From contig NZ_RSDW01000001.1 of NCBI RefSeq assembly GCF_003945235.1, positions 570,001-602,000 of the forward strand: DNA of 32,000 nucleotides, read 5' to 3'. Shown piece after piece: positions 1 through 9,793 of this stretch. This DNA comes from Edaphobacter aggregans (GTDB taxonomy: Bacteria; Acidobacteriota; Terriglobia; Terriglobales; Acidobacteriaceae). Each line of letters starts with the position of its first letter. The first letter of the stretch is position 1. The position numbers and the translations under genes are program-made. The notes below the pieces were generated by a model. The model did not search any database, had not been told where the DNA came from, and saw only the letters and a program-made list of their open reading frames with translations.

Positions 1-722
1 GGCGAATCGAGCAGATAGCAGGAGGACATCTGCGAGTGCTTTGTGCCGCTGTTAAAGAGGGTCGGAGAGCTTGGCAGATAGTCGTGCGACGCGAGTAGAT
101 TGTAGAAATCGACAGCTTCGTTGACGCGAACGGAGAGGCCGGCAGAGACGCGCATGAAGAAGTATTGCGGCGTCTCCATGACCTGCCTGGTGATGGGATG
201 GCGCAGCAGATAGCGGTCGTAGACCGTACGCAGGCCGAAGTATTCGAAGCGATCGGACAGGCGGTCGTCGATGGCGCTATTGAGCTTGCGGGCGTTGGCG
301 CTGACGAACTCAGCAGTGTCCTTTGAAATGACGCCTTCGCGATGGCCGGTCTCAATGGACTGTGAGAAGGAGTAGATGTTCTGGCCGGCGACCTCTTTGG
401 CGATAGTGGCCAGCAGCAGACGTGCCGCGAGGCGGGAGTACTCGGGCTCCTCGGCGATGAGCGCGGCTGCGGTCTGGATCGAGATTGAGTCTAGCTCGCG
501 TGTGGATGCGCCATCGAAGAGGCCGCCGATAGTCTTGCTGGCGACACGAATGGGATCGACGTGGGGCAGGCCGTGGCAGCAGCGCTCGACGGCGCGAACG
601 ATCTTGTTAACGTCGACGGGCTCGAGCGATCCGTTGCGCTTGCGCACTTGCATCTGCGGCGCTGCTTCGGCTGGAGGAAAGTTCGGGTCGAGTTCGGTGA
701 GCGTCGTCTGAAGAGTGGCCAC
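1..722 (-). CDS. Ribonucleotide reductase large (alpha) subunit, N-terminal ~240 aa only; gene runs off the left edge
   Basis: Not in the ORF track because there is no stop in the window. My minus-strand translation from GTG at 722 gives VATLQTTLTELDPNFPPAEAAPQMQVRKRNGSLEPVDVNKIVRAVERCC (ATP-cone). It continues ELDSISIQTAAALIAEEPEYSRLAARLLL, FEYFGLRTVYDRYLLRH, ETPQYFFMRVSAGL and LPSSPTLFNSGTKHSQMSSCYLL, which are RNR alpha hallmarks. SD AAAGGA lies 6 nt before the GTG; an alternative ATG is at 653. Class I versus class II cannot be settled from this fragment. Confidence 0.85.
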   Translation of the reverse strand, partial: MATLQTTLTELDPNFPPAEAAPQMQVRKRNGSLEPVDVNKIVRAVERCCHGLPHVDPIRVASKTIGGLFDGASTRELDSISIQTAAALIAEEPEYSRLAARLLLATIAKEVAGQNIYSFSQSIETGHREGVISKDTAEFVSANARKLNSAIDDRLSDRFEYFGLRTVYDRYLLRHPITRQVMETPQYFFMRVSAGLSVRVNEAVDFYNLLASHDYLPSSPTLFNSGTKHSQMSSCYLLDS

Positions 723-794
723 GGAGCGTCCTTTCGCTCCGAGTGAAATAGATGGACGATCGCTGGAATAGACTGCGATCACCGCATCCTCCCC

Positions 795-1002
795 TCGGAG
801 GTGTGTGAGTTCGTGCCCTTTCGGCACGGCTCCATGGCAGGTCTTCGGACTTGCAGGCTACCTACTTGCTCCAGCTTCCCAGTTCACGGCTGAACCAGTG
901 CTTGTGTGGAGCGTTCGTTCCTGCTTACCGCTGCGGGGCAGTTCCGGATTTTCACCGGATTCCCTTTTCAGTCTGAATCTCTCGAATCAGACACCGTGGA
1001 GT
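795..1002 (-). promoter_or_regulatory. Cobalamin (AdoCbl) riboswitch in the 5' leader of the RNR gene
   Basis: The minus-strand RNA contains GGGAAUCCGGUGAAAAUCCGGAACUGCCCCGCAGCGGUAAGC (plus 944-964 and flanks). It also has a B12 box, GCAAGUCCGAAGACCUGCC (plus 836-854). Both match the conserved cobalamin-riboswitch core. Boundaries are approximate. Confidence 0.85.
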
Positions 1003-1008
1003 GAACTG

Positions 1009-1037
1009 ACTATAACAAGGGTCTGCGATGGGGTCAA
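1009..1037 (-). promoter_or_regulatory. Sigma70-like promoter for the riboswitch/RNR transcript
   Basis: Minus strand reads TTGACC (1037-1032), a 17-nt spacer, then TATAGT (1014-1009). This places a start site just upstream of the riboswitch 5' end. Confidence 0.45.
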
Positions 1038-1210
1038 CATCGATATGTTGGGGTGGGGATGTAATTCGACCCACTCCGTCACAAGGCACGCCCGTGCAAG
1101 ACAATATTCATGAAAATGGCTCAATAGTGAGCTTATCCGGGGTCAGCAAGAGAGGCCTAGCCCTTCCGACTCGGCCTTTGCACTTCCTTGCGAAGTCTTT
1201 TGATCGCTAT

Positions 1211-1357
1211 CTAAACTTTTTTTCCACCGACAAAGTTCATGATCAAAGAAATCAACGCAAAGATAAGAAGCAGATGAATAAGGAAGCTGCTTACGTGCAA
1301 GACGAAGAACCCACCCAGCCACAGTACGATCAACACAATTGCGAGAATAAGAAACAT
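1211..1357 (-). CDS. Small (48 aa) two-helix membrane peptide, resembling the lmo0937-type small membrane protein family
   Basis: Below the ORF-track size cut-off. ATG at 1357, TAG at 1213-1211. Translation: MFLILAIVLIVLWLGGFFVLHVSSFLIHLLLIFALISLIMNFVGGKKV. AGGTG lies upstream. It replaces the implausible overlapping track ORFs 1028-1384(+) and 1143-1508(-). The family assignment is from memory. Confidence 0.6.
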   Translation of the reverse strand: MFLILAIVLIVLWLGGFFVLHVSSFLIHLLLIFALISLIMNFVGGKKV

Positions 1358-1472
1358 GGGAGACACCTGCTTTCTTATCGATGAAATTGACCGCGGCCAC
1401 AGCTAACAGATAAGAGAGCAGATATGTCGGATTCGTTGCACGGCCACGAAACTTAGATACTCTCTCAGTGCA

Positions 1473-1516
1473 GTGAAAAAGCAAGAGGCGTGCCGATAAA
1501 TTCAGCACGCCTCTTA
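1473..1516 (-). terminator. Rho-independent terminator after the ThrC-like/MoaD-like operon
   Basis: Minus-strand RNA reads AAGAGGCGUGC-UGAAUUUAUCG-GCACGCCUCUU followed by GCUUUUUC, an 11-bp perfect stem. It lies 32 nt after the stop at 1548. Confidence 0.65.
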
Positions 1517-1547
1517 TCCCATGTTCTTTTCTTTGACGGGGTTCGAC

Positions 1548-1829
1548 TTAGACAGTGCCACCCGCGATGGAAGGAATCAACATCACCTCGTCACCATCTT
1601 GGAACGAATAGGTCTCCCCACCGAGAAAGCGGATGTCTTCATCGTTGACATAGATGTTGATGAAGCGGCGGAGCTTGCCGTCGTCATCCTTGATCTGCGT
1701 TCCCAGCGCGGGGAAGGTCTGCTCGATATCGGCTATCAACCCGGGCAGATTCGTAGCAGTGGAGTCGAACTGCTTACGGCCATCAGTGTGGCGGGTGAAG
1801 GCGGTCGGGAGCACAACTTTGATTGCCAT
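1548..1829 (-). CDS. MoaD/ThiS-family ubiquitin-like sulfur-carrier protein (93 aa) with a GG-TV C-terminus
   Basis: Track ORF. Size and beta-grasp-like sequence fit (FINIYVNDEDIRFLGGETYSFQDGDEVMLIPSIAGGTV). The di-glycine is near the C-terminus, followed by two extra residues. The start overlaps the upstream stop as TAATG. Confidence 0.8.
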   Translation of the reverse strand: MAIKVVLPTAFTRHTDGRKQFDSTATNLPGLIADIEQTFPALGTQIKDDDGKLRRFINIYVNDEDIRFLGGETYSFQDGDEVMLIPSIAGGTV

Positions 1830-3112
1830 TAGATGATTCCTCCTGCAACAACCAGTTCGGGTTCGGTCGTGCCATCCAGCTCTCGCAGGTAGGCATCGAA
1901 GTCTGCCAGTCGCGGACGGACGGCGCGTTCCTCAACATAGTGATTGGTCAGGGCATCGGTCGTCTTAAGCCCGTTGCCGGTGATGCAGGTCACGGTGAGT
2001 TCGTCGGGCGAGATGCGTCCGTGAGCGTAGAGGCGCGCGGTGACGGCTGTGGTGACGCCGCCGGCGGTTTCGGTAAAGATGCCTTCGGTCTCAGCGAGTT
2101 CCTGCATGCCCGAGACGATCTCGACGTCCGAGACATCCTCGGCCCAGCCGCCGGAGTCGCGGATCATCTTGGCTGCAGCAGGTCCATCGGCGGGGTTGCC
2201 GATCGCCAGCGAACGTGCAATCGTGTTCGGGCGCTGAGGCTCGATGTAGTCCAGACCCTGCTTGACGGCCTGCGAGATAGGCGAGCAACCCGTGGCCTGT
2301 GCGCCAAAGAAGCGAACTGGTTTGTCCTCGACGAGGCCGAGATAGACGAGTTCCTGGAATGCCTTGCGAATTTTGCGAATCAGCGATCCACCAGCCATGG
2401 GGACAACAACGTTGTCGGGAAGCCTCCAGCCGAGCTGTTCGGCGATCTCGTAGCCCACCGTCTTCGAGCCCTCGGCATAGTAGGGGCGGAGGTTTACGTT
2501 GACCAAGCCCCAGTTGTACTCATCGGCAATTAGCGTGCAGAGGCGGTTGACGTGATCGTAGTTGCCATCAATGCGGATGAGCCGTGCACCATAAACCTGT
2601 GTGTTGAGAATCTTGGCGGCCTCGAGGTCAGCTGGCACCAGAATGCATGCCTTGATACCGAGACGAGCGGCCTGTGCGGCGACGGAGTTGGCGAGATTAC
2701 CGGTCGAAGAGGCGCCGACGGTTTCGAACCCGAAGCGCTGCGCGTTGGCAAGGGCAACCGAGACGACGCGGTCTTTAAAGCTGAGAGTTGGGAAGCAGAC
2801 TGCGTCGTTCTTGACGTAGAGATTGCTTGCACCGATACGCTTGCCGAGATTGGTCGCCTTGACCAGCGGAGTAAACCCGACGGGGAGGTCCGGCTGAAAG
2901 CCGTCAGGAATCGGCAGCAACGAGGCATAACGCCAGATGTTTGCAGGGCCTGCTGCGATTGCCTCGCGGGTGAAGACACCGCGTACCGCGTCCAGATCGT
3001 AAGCAATCTCAAGTGGAGCCAGACAGTCTGGGCAGGCTGAAAGCGGTTGATTGCCGTACCGCTTGCCACACTCGTTGCACTTCAGCTCATACCGCGTACA
3101 GGAATAGTTCAT
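1829..3112 (-). CDS. Threonine-synthase-family PLP enzyme with N-terminal Cys4 zinc ribbon (ThrC-like; candidate homocysteine synthase)
   Basis: The track ORF is trimmed to ATG 3112 (MNYSCTRYELKCNECGKRYGNQPLSACPDC), which has GGAGAGAG 4 nt upstream. The PLP lysine motif is TLSFKDR; ASSTGN and CITGNGLK are ThrC-family blocks. The 40 codons upstream in the ORF lie in the structured leader. Confidence 0.88.
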   Translation of the reverse strand: MNYSCTRYELKCNECGKRYGNQPLSACPDCLAPLEIAYDLDAVRGVFTREAIAAGPANIWRYASLLPIPDGFQPDLPVGFTPLVKATNLGKRIGASNLYVKNDAVCFPTLSFKDRVVSVALANAQRFGFETVGASSTGNLANSVAAQAARLGIKACILVPADLEAAKILNTQVYGARLIRIDGNYDHVNRLCTLIADEYNWGLVNVNLRPYYAEGSKTVGYEIAEQLGWRLPDNVVVPMAGGSLIRKIRKAFQELVYLGLVEDKPVRFFGAQATGCSPISQAVKQGLDYIEPQRPNTIARSLAIGNPADGPAAAKMIRDSGGWAEDVSDVEIVSGMQELAETEGIFTETAGGVTTAVTARLYAHGRISPDELTVTCITGNGLKTTDALTNHYVEERAVRPRLADFDAYLRELDGTTEPELVVAGGII

Positions 3113-3327
3113 TACGCTCTCTCCGAGAGGAAAGAGGGTATGGCTTTTTGACGATCTCTCTTTGGAATTGCCGGCTGGGAAGGTGAAATGCGGCTGCAGA
3201 CCCTTGTGCCGGCTGCGTGGTCCGAATCTCATGTTCCCTGTCTCCAGGAGAGAGTTGACACCGGTACGTCTTTGTTCTGTCCGGTTGTCGTGGCGTCAAA
3301 GGGCTCGTCCCTCAACCACTCTGCATG

Positions 3328-3356
3328 AAATTCAAATTTGCCCGAAGGCAAACTGG
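3328..3356 (-). terminator. Rho-independent terminator after the receiver gene (end of the metH transcription unit)
   Basis: Minus-strand RNA reads UUUGCC-UUCG-GGCAAA followed by UUUGAAUUU. Confidence 0.6.
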
Positions 3357-3439
3357 AATAATTCAGTTGTAGCACAGTGGACCTGCCACTGCAAGTACGT
3401 TAGTTTTGCGCCCGATCGAGCAATCTCAGACGCCGATAT

Positions 3440-3814
3440 CTAGTGCTTCTCAACGCTGTCTCGAACTCCCTGGACGAACGCTTCCGGGTTGAACTCTGTG
3501 CGCACAATCTCGTCGGGGCAATCCGTCAGAATTGCTACCCGCCAGTTGCAAACAAAGGCCACTAGCTGATCCGGCCGGGCCTCCTTGACTGCCGAGCAGA
3601 GTTGCTCCGCTGCATGTATACCTGATTCACCCTCTACGTCGATCAGCACCAGATCGTAGTGTCGCCCCTCGAACATCGACAGACCTTCGGTGTGAGTCAG
3701 GGTAGAGTCCACATCGAAACCCGATATGCGAAGGATCTGATCACGCAGCGGCCTCAGGTTCTCCCGGTTACAGATGTGCAAAACGGTATTTTTTTTATCG
3801 GTCGAGGCTTCCAT
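3440..3814 (-). CDS. Stand-alone CheY-like receiver domain protein, degenerate active site
   Basis: Track ORF of 124 aa. It has the receiver (beta-alpha)5 pattern with DLVLIDV, the putative phospho-Asp. The N-terminal acidic pair is replaced (VLHICNRENL) and the conserved Lys-Pro is replaced by FNP. Confidence 0.7.
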   Translation of the reverse strand: MEASTDKKNTVLHICNRENLRPLRDQILRISGFDVDSTLTHTEGLSMFEGRHYDLVLIDVEGESGIHAAEQLCSAVKEARPDQLVAFVCNWRVAILTDCPDEIVRTEFNPEAFVQGVRDSVEKH

Positions 3815-3966
3815 GAGGCTATACGAGGTTCGTCCAGTCTGACGCTTGAAGCCCGCGGTGACGCGAACAAGAAGCCTGGGAGTCGAAATAAAGCTACGAC
3901 TCCATTATCTCCTATCCAGCCAAGGGTTGCATCGTGTCAGTGCCGCAGCGCCTGCTTGAGAACCTT

Positions 3967-6668
<2,702 letters not shown>

Positions 6669-6672
<4 letters not shown>

Positions 6673-7769
6673 GCTGCAACCTCAACCTGACGCAGCTTTC
6701 GCGGAGCCTTGCCTTCTAATGCCTTGGCGATAGCCGCGATGTGTTCAGGTGTATTTCCGCAGCAGCCGCCGGCAATATTGATCAGGCCGCCTCGCGCAAA
6801 GTCGCCCAGGTAACGAGCCATATCTGCCGGCCCCAGGTCGAACCCGGTCTCCGAGAGTGGATTTGGCAAACCGGCATTCGGGTAGCAGGAGATCGCCACA
6901 TCCGCCTTCTCCGAGAGTTCCTCCAGAAACGGATACATTAGATCGGGACCGAGAGAGCAGTTGAGCCCCACCGACAGCGGCCTCACATGCTGGACTGCAT
7001 TCCAGAAGGCCTCAGTCGTCTGCGCGGAGATCAGCGTCTCGCCCCCCCGCCCCACTGCGGCCGAAATCATCACGGGCAGTTTCTTGCCATCCTGATCGAA
7101 TACTTCGCGGATGGCAACGAGCGCCGCTTTGGCGTTCAGTGAGTCGAAGATAGTCTCAACCAAAAGCAGATCTGAGCCTCCAGCGATAAGCGCACGCACC
7201 TGTTCAGCGTAGGCCGCTTTCACCTGATCGAACGTGACCACACGGAAGCCCGCGTCATCGGCATCGGGTGAGTTCGAGAGTGAGACCGTCAGCGGCCCAA
7301 TCGCCCCCGCCACGAAGCGTTGACGTCCGGTTGCGTTGCCTACACGATCAGCCCATTCACGGCACTGCTGTGCCGACTGTTCATTGATCTCCCACGCAAG
7401 GCTGCTGAGCTTCGAATCCTCAATAATCTTCTGGTAGAACTCTGGATCCTTACGGCCACCATGCTCCCGCGGATCATCCACAAAGAATTCACTCTGGGTA
7501 ATGCTGGTCGCGCCAAAGGTGTTCGTCTCGATGATGTCCGCCCCGGCCTCCAGAAATCTCCGGTGGATATCGCAGATCATCTTCGGCTGGGTCAGCGAGA
7601 ACAGGTCACCGTTGTTCAGCAGGTCTTTCGTCGAGTCCTTAAAGCGCTCCCCACGAACATCGGCTTCCGTCATGCCATAGGTGCGGATCGTCGTTCCCAT
7701 CGCTCCATCGATGATGGCAATTCGATCCTCGAGAATCGTTTCAAGAGGATGTCGGTTCGCTGTAGTCAT
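6669..7769 (-). CDS. Methionine synthase homocysteine-binding (S-methyltransferase) domain as a separate polypeptide
   Basis: The track ORF is trimmed to ATG 7769 ([26 protein letters not shown]), with GAAGGA upstream. The Zn ligands are GLNCSLGP and [13 protein letters not shown]. It ends exactly at the Hcy/pterin domain boundary of single-chain MetH. Confidence 0.9.
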
Positions 7770-7861
7770 CTCTATTTGATGTCCTTCATTCGTCGCGCGG
7801 TGCACCTTCGCACCTTTCGTAGTGCGGAGAGCCATCGAGGCTCACTTCAAACCTGAATCTC

Positions 7862-8365
7862 TTAAGCGAGAACTTCTGCTTCATCCTTCGCCGACTGCAC
7901 GGCATCGGGAAGCGTATGCGTAGGAACCAGCAGGTCTTCCTTACGCATGACCAGATTGGTAGCGTTCAGCGACGCGAGTTCGAAGCCGTGACCATGCGTA
8001 ATAGCGTCCGTCGGGCAGGCCTCGACACAGTAGCCGCAGAAGATGCAGCGGTTGTAATCGATGTTGTAGACCTTGGCATAGCGCTCGGCTGAGGAGATGC
8101 GCTTCTCTTCCGTATTCTCGGCCGCCTCGATGTAAATGCAGTTGGAAGGACAGGCAGCCGCGCAAAGGAAGCAGGCGACACACTTCTCCAGGCCGTTTTC
8201 GTCGCGCTGAAGCTGGTGCTTGCCGCGGAAACGCTCCTGAAACTTCGCTCCACGCATGGGCCCTTTGCCGTCGGGATAGTTTTCGACCTCAGTCGGCTGG
8301 AAGATCTCCTTAAGCGTGATGCTCATTCCCTTGGCAATAGCTGCGGCGTCGCGAAAGTTCGGCAT
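7862..8365 (-). CDS. nuoI: NADH-quinone oxidoreductase subunit I (2x[4Fe-4S] ferredoxin-type), solitary
   Basis: The real start is taken at ATG 8365 (MPNFRDAAAIAKGMSITLKEIFQPTEVENYPDGKGPMRGAKFQERFRGKHQL). The two clusters are CVACFLCAAACP and CIFCGYCVEACP. The upstream 180 codons of the track ORF (to 8905) overlap a better plus-strand gene and are rejected. Confidence 0.85.
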   Translation of the reverse strand: MPNFRDAAAIAKGMSITLKEIFQPTEVENYPDGKGPMRGAKFQERFRGKHQLQRDENGLEKCVACFLCAAACPSNCIYIEAAENTEEKRISSAERYAKVYNIDYNRCIFCGYCVEACPTDAITHGHGFELASLNATNLVMRKEDLLVPTHTLPDAVQSAKDEAEVLA

Positions 8366-8404
8366 AAGTTGAGTATACGACGTGGGCGCGATAGGCTGGA
8401 AGCC

Positions 8405-8953
8405 ATGAACCGCACGTCTGCCCTCTCCGGCCTGGTCGCCCTCTGCTTCGTATGCGCGAATCCTGCGCTCTCCCACGGCCAGTCCGCGCCTGCCGCACCC
8501 ATGGCCGAGCACGCCCACGCCCCCGCCTCGCCATCCACCAACCTGACCATTTCTGTCGAAGGCAAGGAGGCGAAGTTCTCCGTTGCGGACCTGCAAGCCA
8601 TGCCGCAGAAGACGGTCACGGTACATAACGCGCACACGAAGCAGGATGAGACGTACTCCGGCGTATCCCTTGGAGACCTGCTGGCAAAATCCGGCTTTGC
8701 TGTCGAGCAGGCGACCCATCGCCAGATGCTCCGCAGCTACCTTAAGGCCGAGGGCACCGATAAATACTGGGTCCTCTACTCTGTAACCGAAGTGGAAGGC
8801 ACCGAGCACAATAGCGACGTCATCGTTGCCATCGCACAGGACGGAAAGCCGCTTGGCGAAGACGGTCAGTTCAAACTGATCGATAGCGGAGACAAGAAGC
8901 CACAACGGTGGGTACGAAATCTCAATGCCATTACCCTGAAGACCGCCGAATAA
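8405..8953 (+). CDS. Secreted protein with sulfite-oxidase/YedY-type molybdopterin-oxidoreductase-like fold (short, function unknown)
   Basis: The track ORF is trimmed to ATG 8405 (MNRTSALSGLVALCFVCANPALSHG, a signal peptide). The pattern LTISVEGKEAKFSVADLQAMP, YSGVSLGDLL, DGKPLGEDGQFKLI and RWVRNLNAITL resembles Oxidored_molyb-type domains. This is recognised by eye only. Confidence 0.5.
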   Translation: MNRTSALSGLVALCFVCANPALSHGQSAPAAPMAEHAHAPASPSTNLTISVEGKEAKFSVADLQAMPQKTVTVHNAHTKQDETYSGVSLGDLLAKSGFAVEQATHRQMLRSYLKAEGTDKYWVLYSVTEVEGTEHNSDVIVAIAQDGKPLGEDGQFKLIDSGDKKPQRWVRNLNAITLKTAE

Positions 8954-8959
8954 CGAAAG

Positions 8960-9712
8960 CTACCTGCCAAAGGCGTACGAGAGCTTGAGTACTCCATTGT
9001 CTATACCAGGGTTCACATCGGCCGTGTAGTGGTTCGATATGTGGTGAAACCGGTATTCAACCTGGATGGAACGAGTTCTGTTGTGAAAAAATTCGATTCC
9101 GGCGCCGAAATCGAAGGTGAAATTGAAAGAGCCTGCCTGGCTGGTGGGGATGGGGCGGGTCGAAAAGATATAGCCGGCGGTCGATGAAACAAAGGGCTGA
9201 ATGCCATGCCTTGGCCGAAAGCCGTACTGTAGGCCAACCGGTGAGAACCCCTGGGAGTAGGTCCATCGCCTGCCGCAAGTCGTCGTCTCCACGACGGAGT
9301 AGGACTGCGTTGGATCCTGGATCGTCTGCTGGCTGCTACTTGGCTTGCACGCAAGATAGGACTCGCTGCTGGACGTAGATGCCGATGGCGGTCCAGGGGG
9401 ACTCACCGGGGTAAAGACATACGTGATCTGAAACACCGGGTCGCTCACCATGAGCACGGGACGAATCTCCGCGATGTACCGCAAGTCTCCGGAACGGAAC
9501 ATCCAGAGCCTTCTCGCATAGGAGCCTCCAAAGGCAGCTAGCTTGCGGTTTTCCGATACACCCATCAGGATATGACTTGAATTGTTCGAGTATTCGGTAA
9601 AGACAGTGAAGGTATTCTTGCGGGTGAACCCGCTTGCTTCGCCCGCTTGAGCATGGGCAATCGAGACAACTAGGAAAAGCAATACAAAGGTTGCAAATGC
9701 CGATGGCTTCAT
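8960..9712 (-). CDS. Outer-membrane beta-barrel, PagL-like acyloxyacyl hydrolase (lipid A deacylase family)
   Basis: Track ORF of 250 aa. Signal peptide MKPSAFATFVLLFLVVSIAHA. C-terminal YRFHHISNHYTA is an H-x-S-N catalytic-type motif. It ends in a barrel-closing YAFGR. Confidence 0.6.
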   Translation of the reverse strand: MKPSAFATFVLLFLVVSIAHAQAGEASGFTRKNTFTVFTEYSNNSSHILMGVSENRKLAAFGGSYARRLWMFRSGDLRYIAEIRPVLMVSDPVFQITYVFTPVSPPGPPSASTSSSESYLACKPSSSQQTIQDPTQSYSVVETTTCGRRWTYSQGFSPVGLQYGFRPRHGIQPFVSSTAGYIFSTRPIPTSQAGSFNFTFDFGAGIEFFHNRTRSIQVEYRFHHISNHYTADVNPGIDNGVLKLSYAFGR

Positions 9713-9793
9713 TCAGGTCCGGTTTGCTGGAAATGTCGTGATTCTATCGTGGATGTCTGGAGCACACAGTAACACTAAGGCCACAATCAGCCC

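Noticed and set aside
3113-3232. 40-codon N-terminal extension of the ThrC-like ORF (MRFGPRSRHKGLQPHF...).
   Set aside because: There is no homology. The strong SD and ATG at 3112 begin the zinc-ribbon domain, and the extension coincides with the structured leader RNA.
3113-3262. Calling the ThrC-like leader a bona fide SAM-I riboswitch.
   Set aside because: Only the 3' GCCGGCAAUUCC/AAAGAGAG segment resembles SAM-I. The GAGGGA/K-turn P2 and the P4 hairpin are not evident. It is kept as an unclassified candidate in the findings instead.
7406-7420. GCTTCGAATCC, which resembles a tRNA T-arm (GGTTCGAATCC).
   Set aside because: It lies inside the MetH homocysteine-domain coding frame and has no acceptor or anticodon stems around it.
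8366-8905. The N-terminal 180 codons of the 347-aa track ORF, which would extend nuoI.
   Set aside because: NuoI homology begins at Met181 (MPNFRD...). The extension is Gly/Arg-rich and overlaps the better plus-strand signal-peptide gene 8405-8953.
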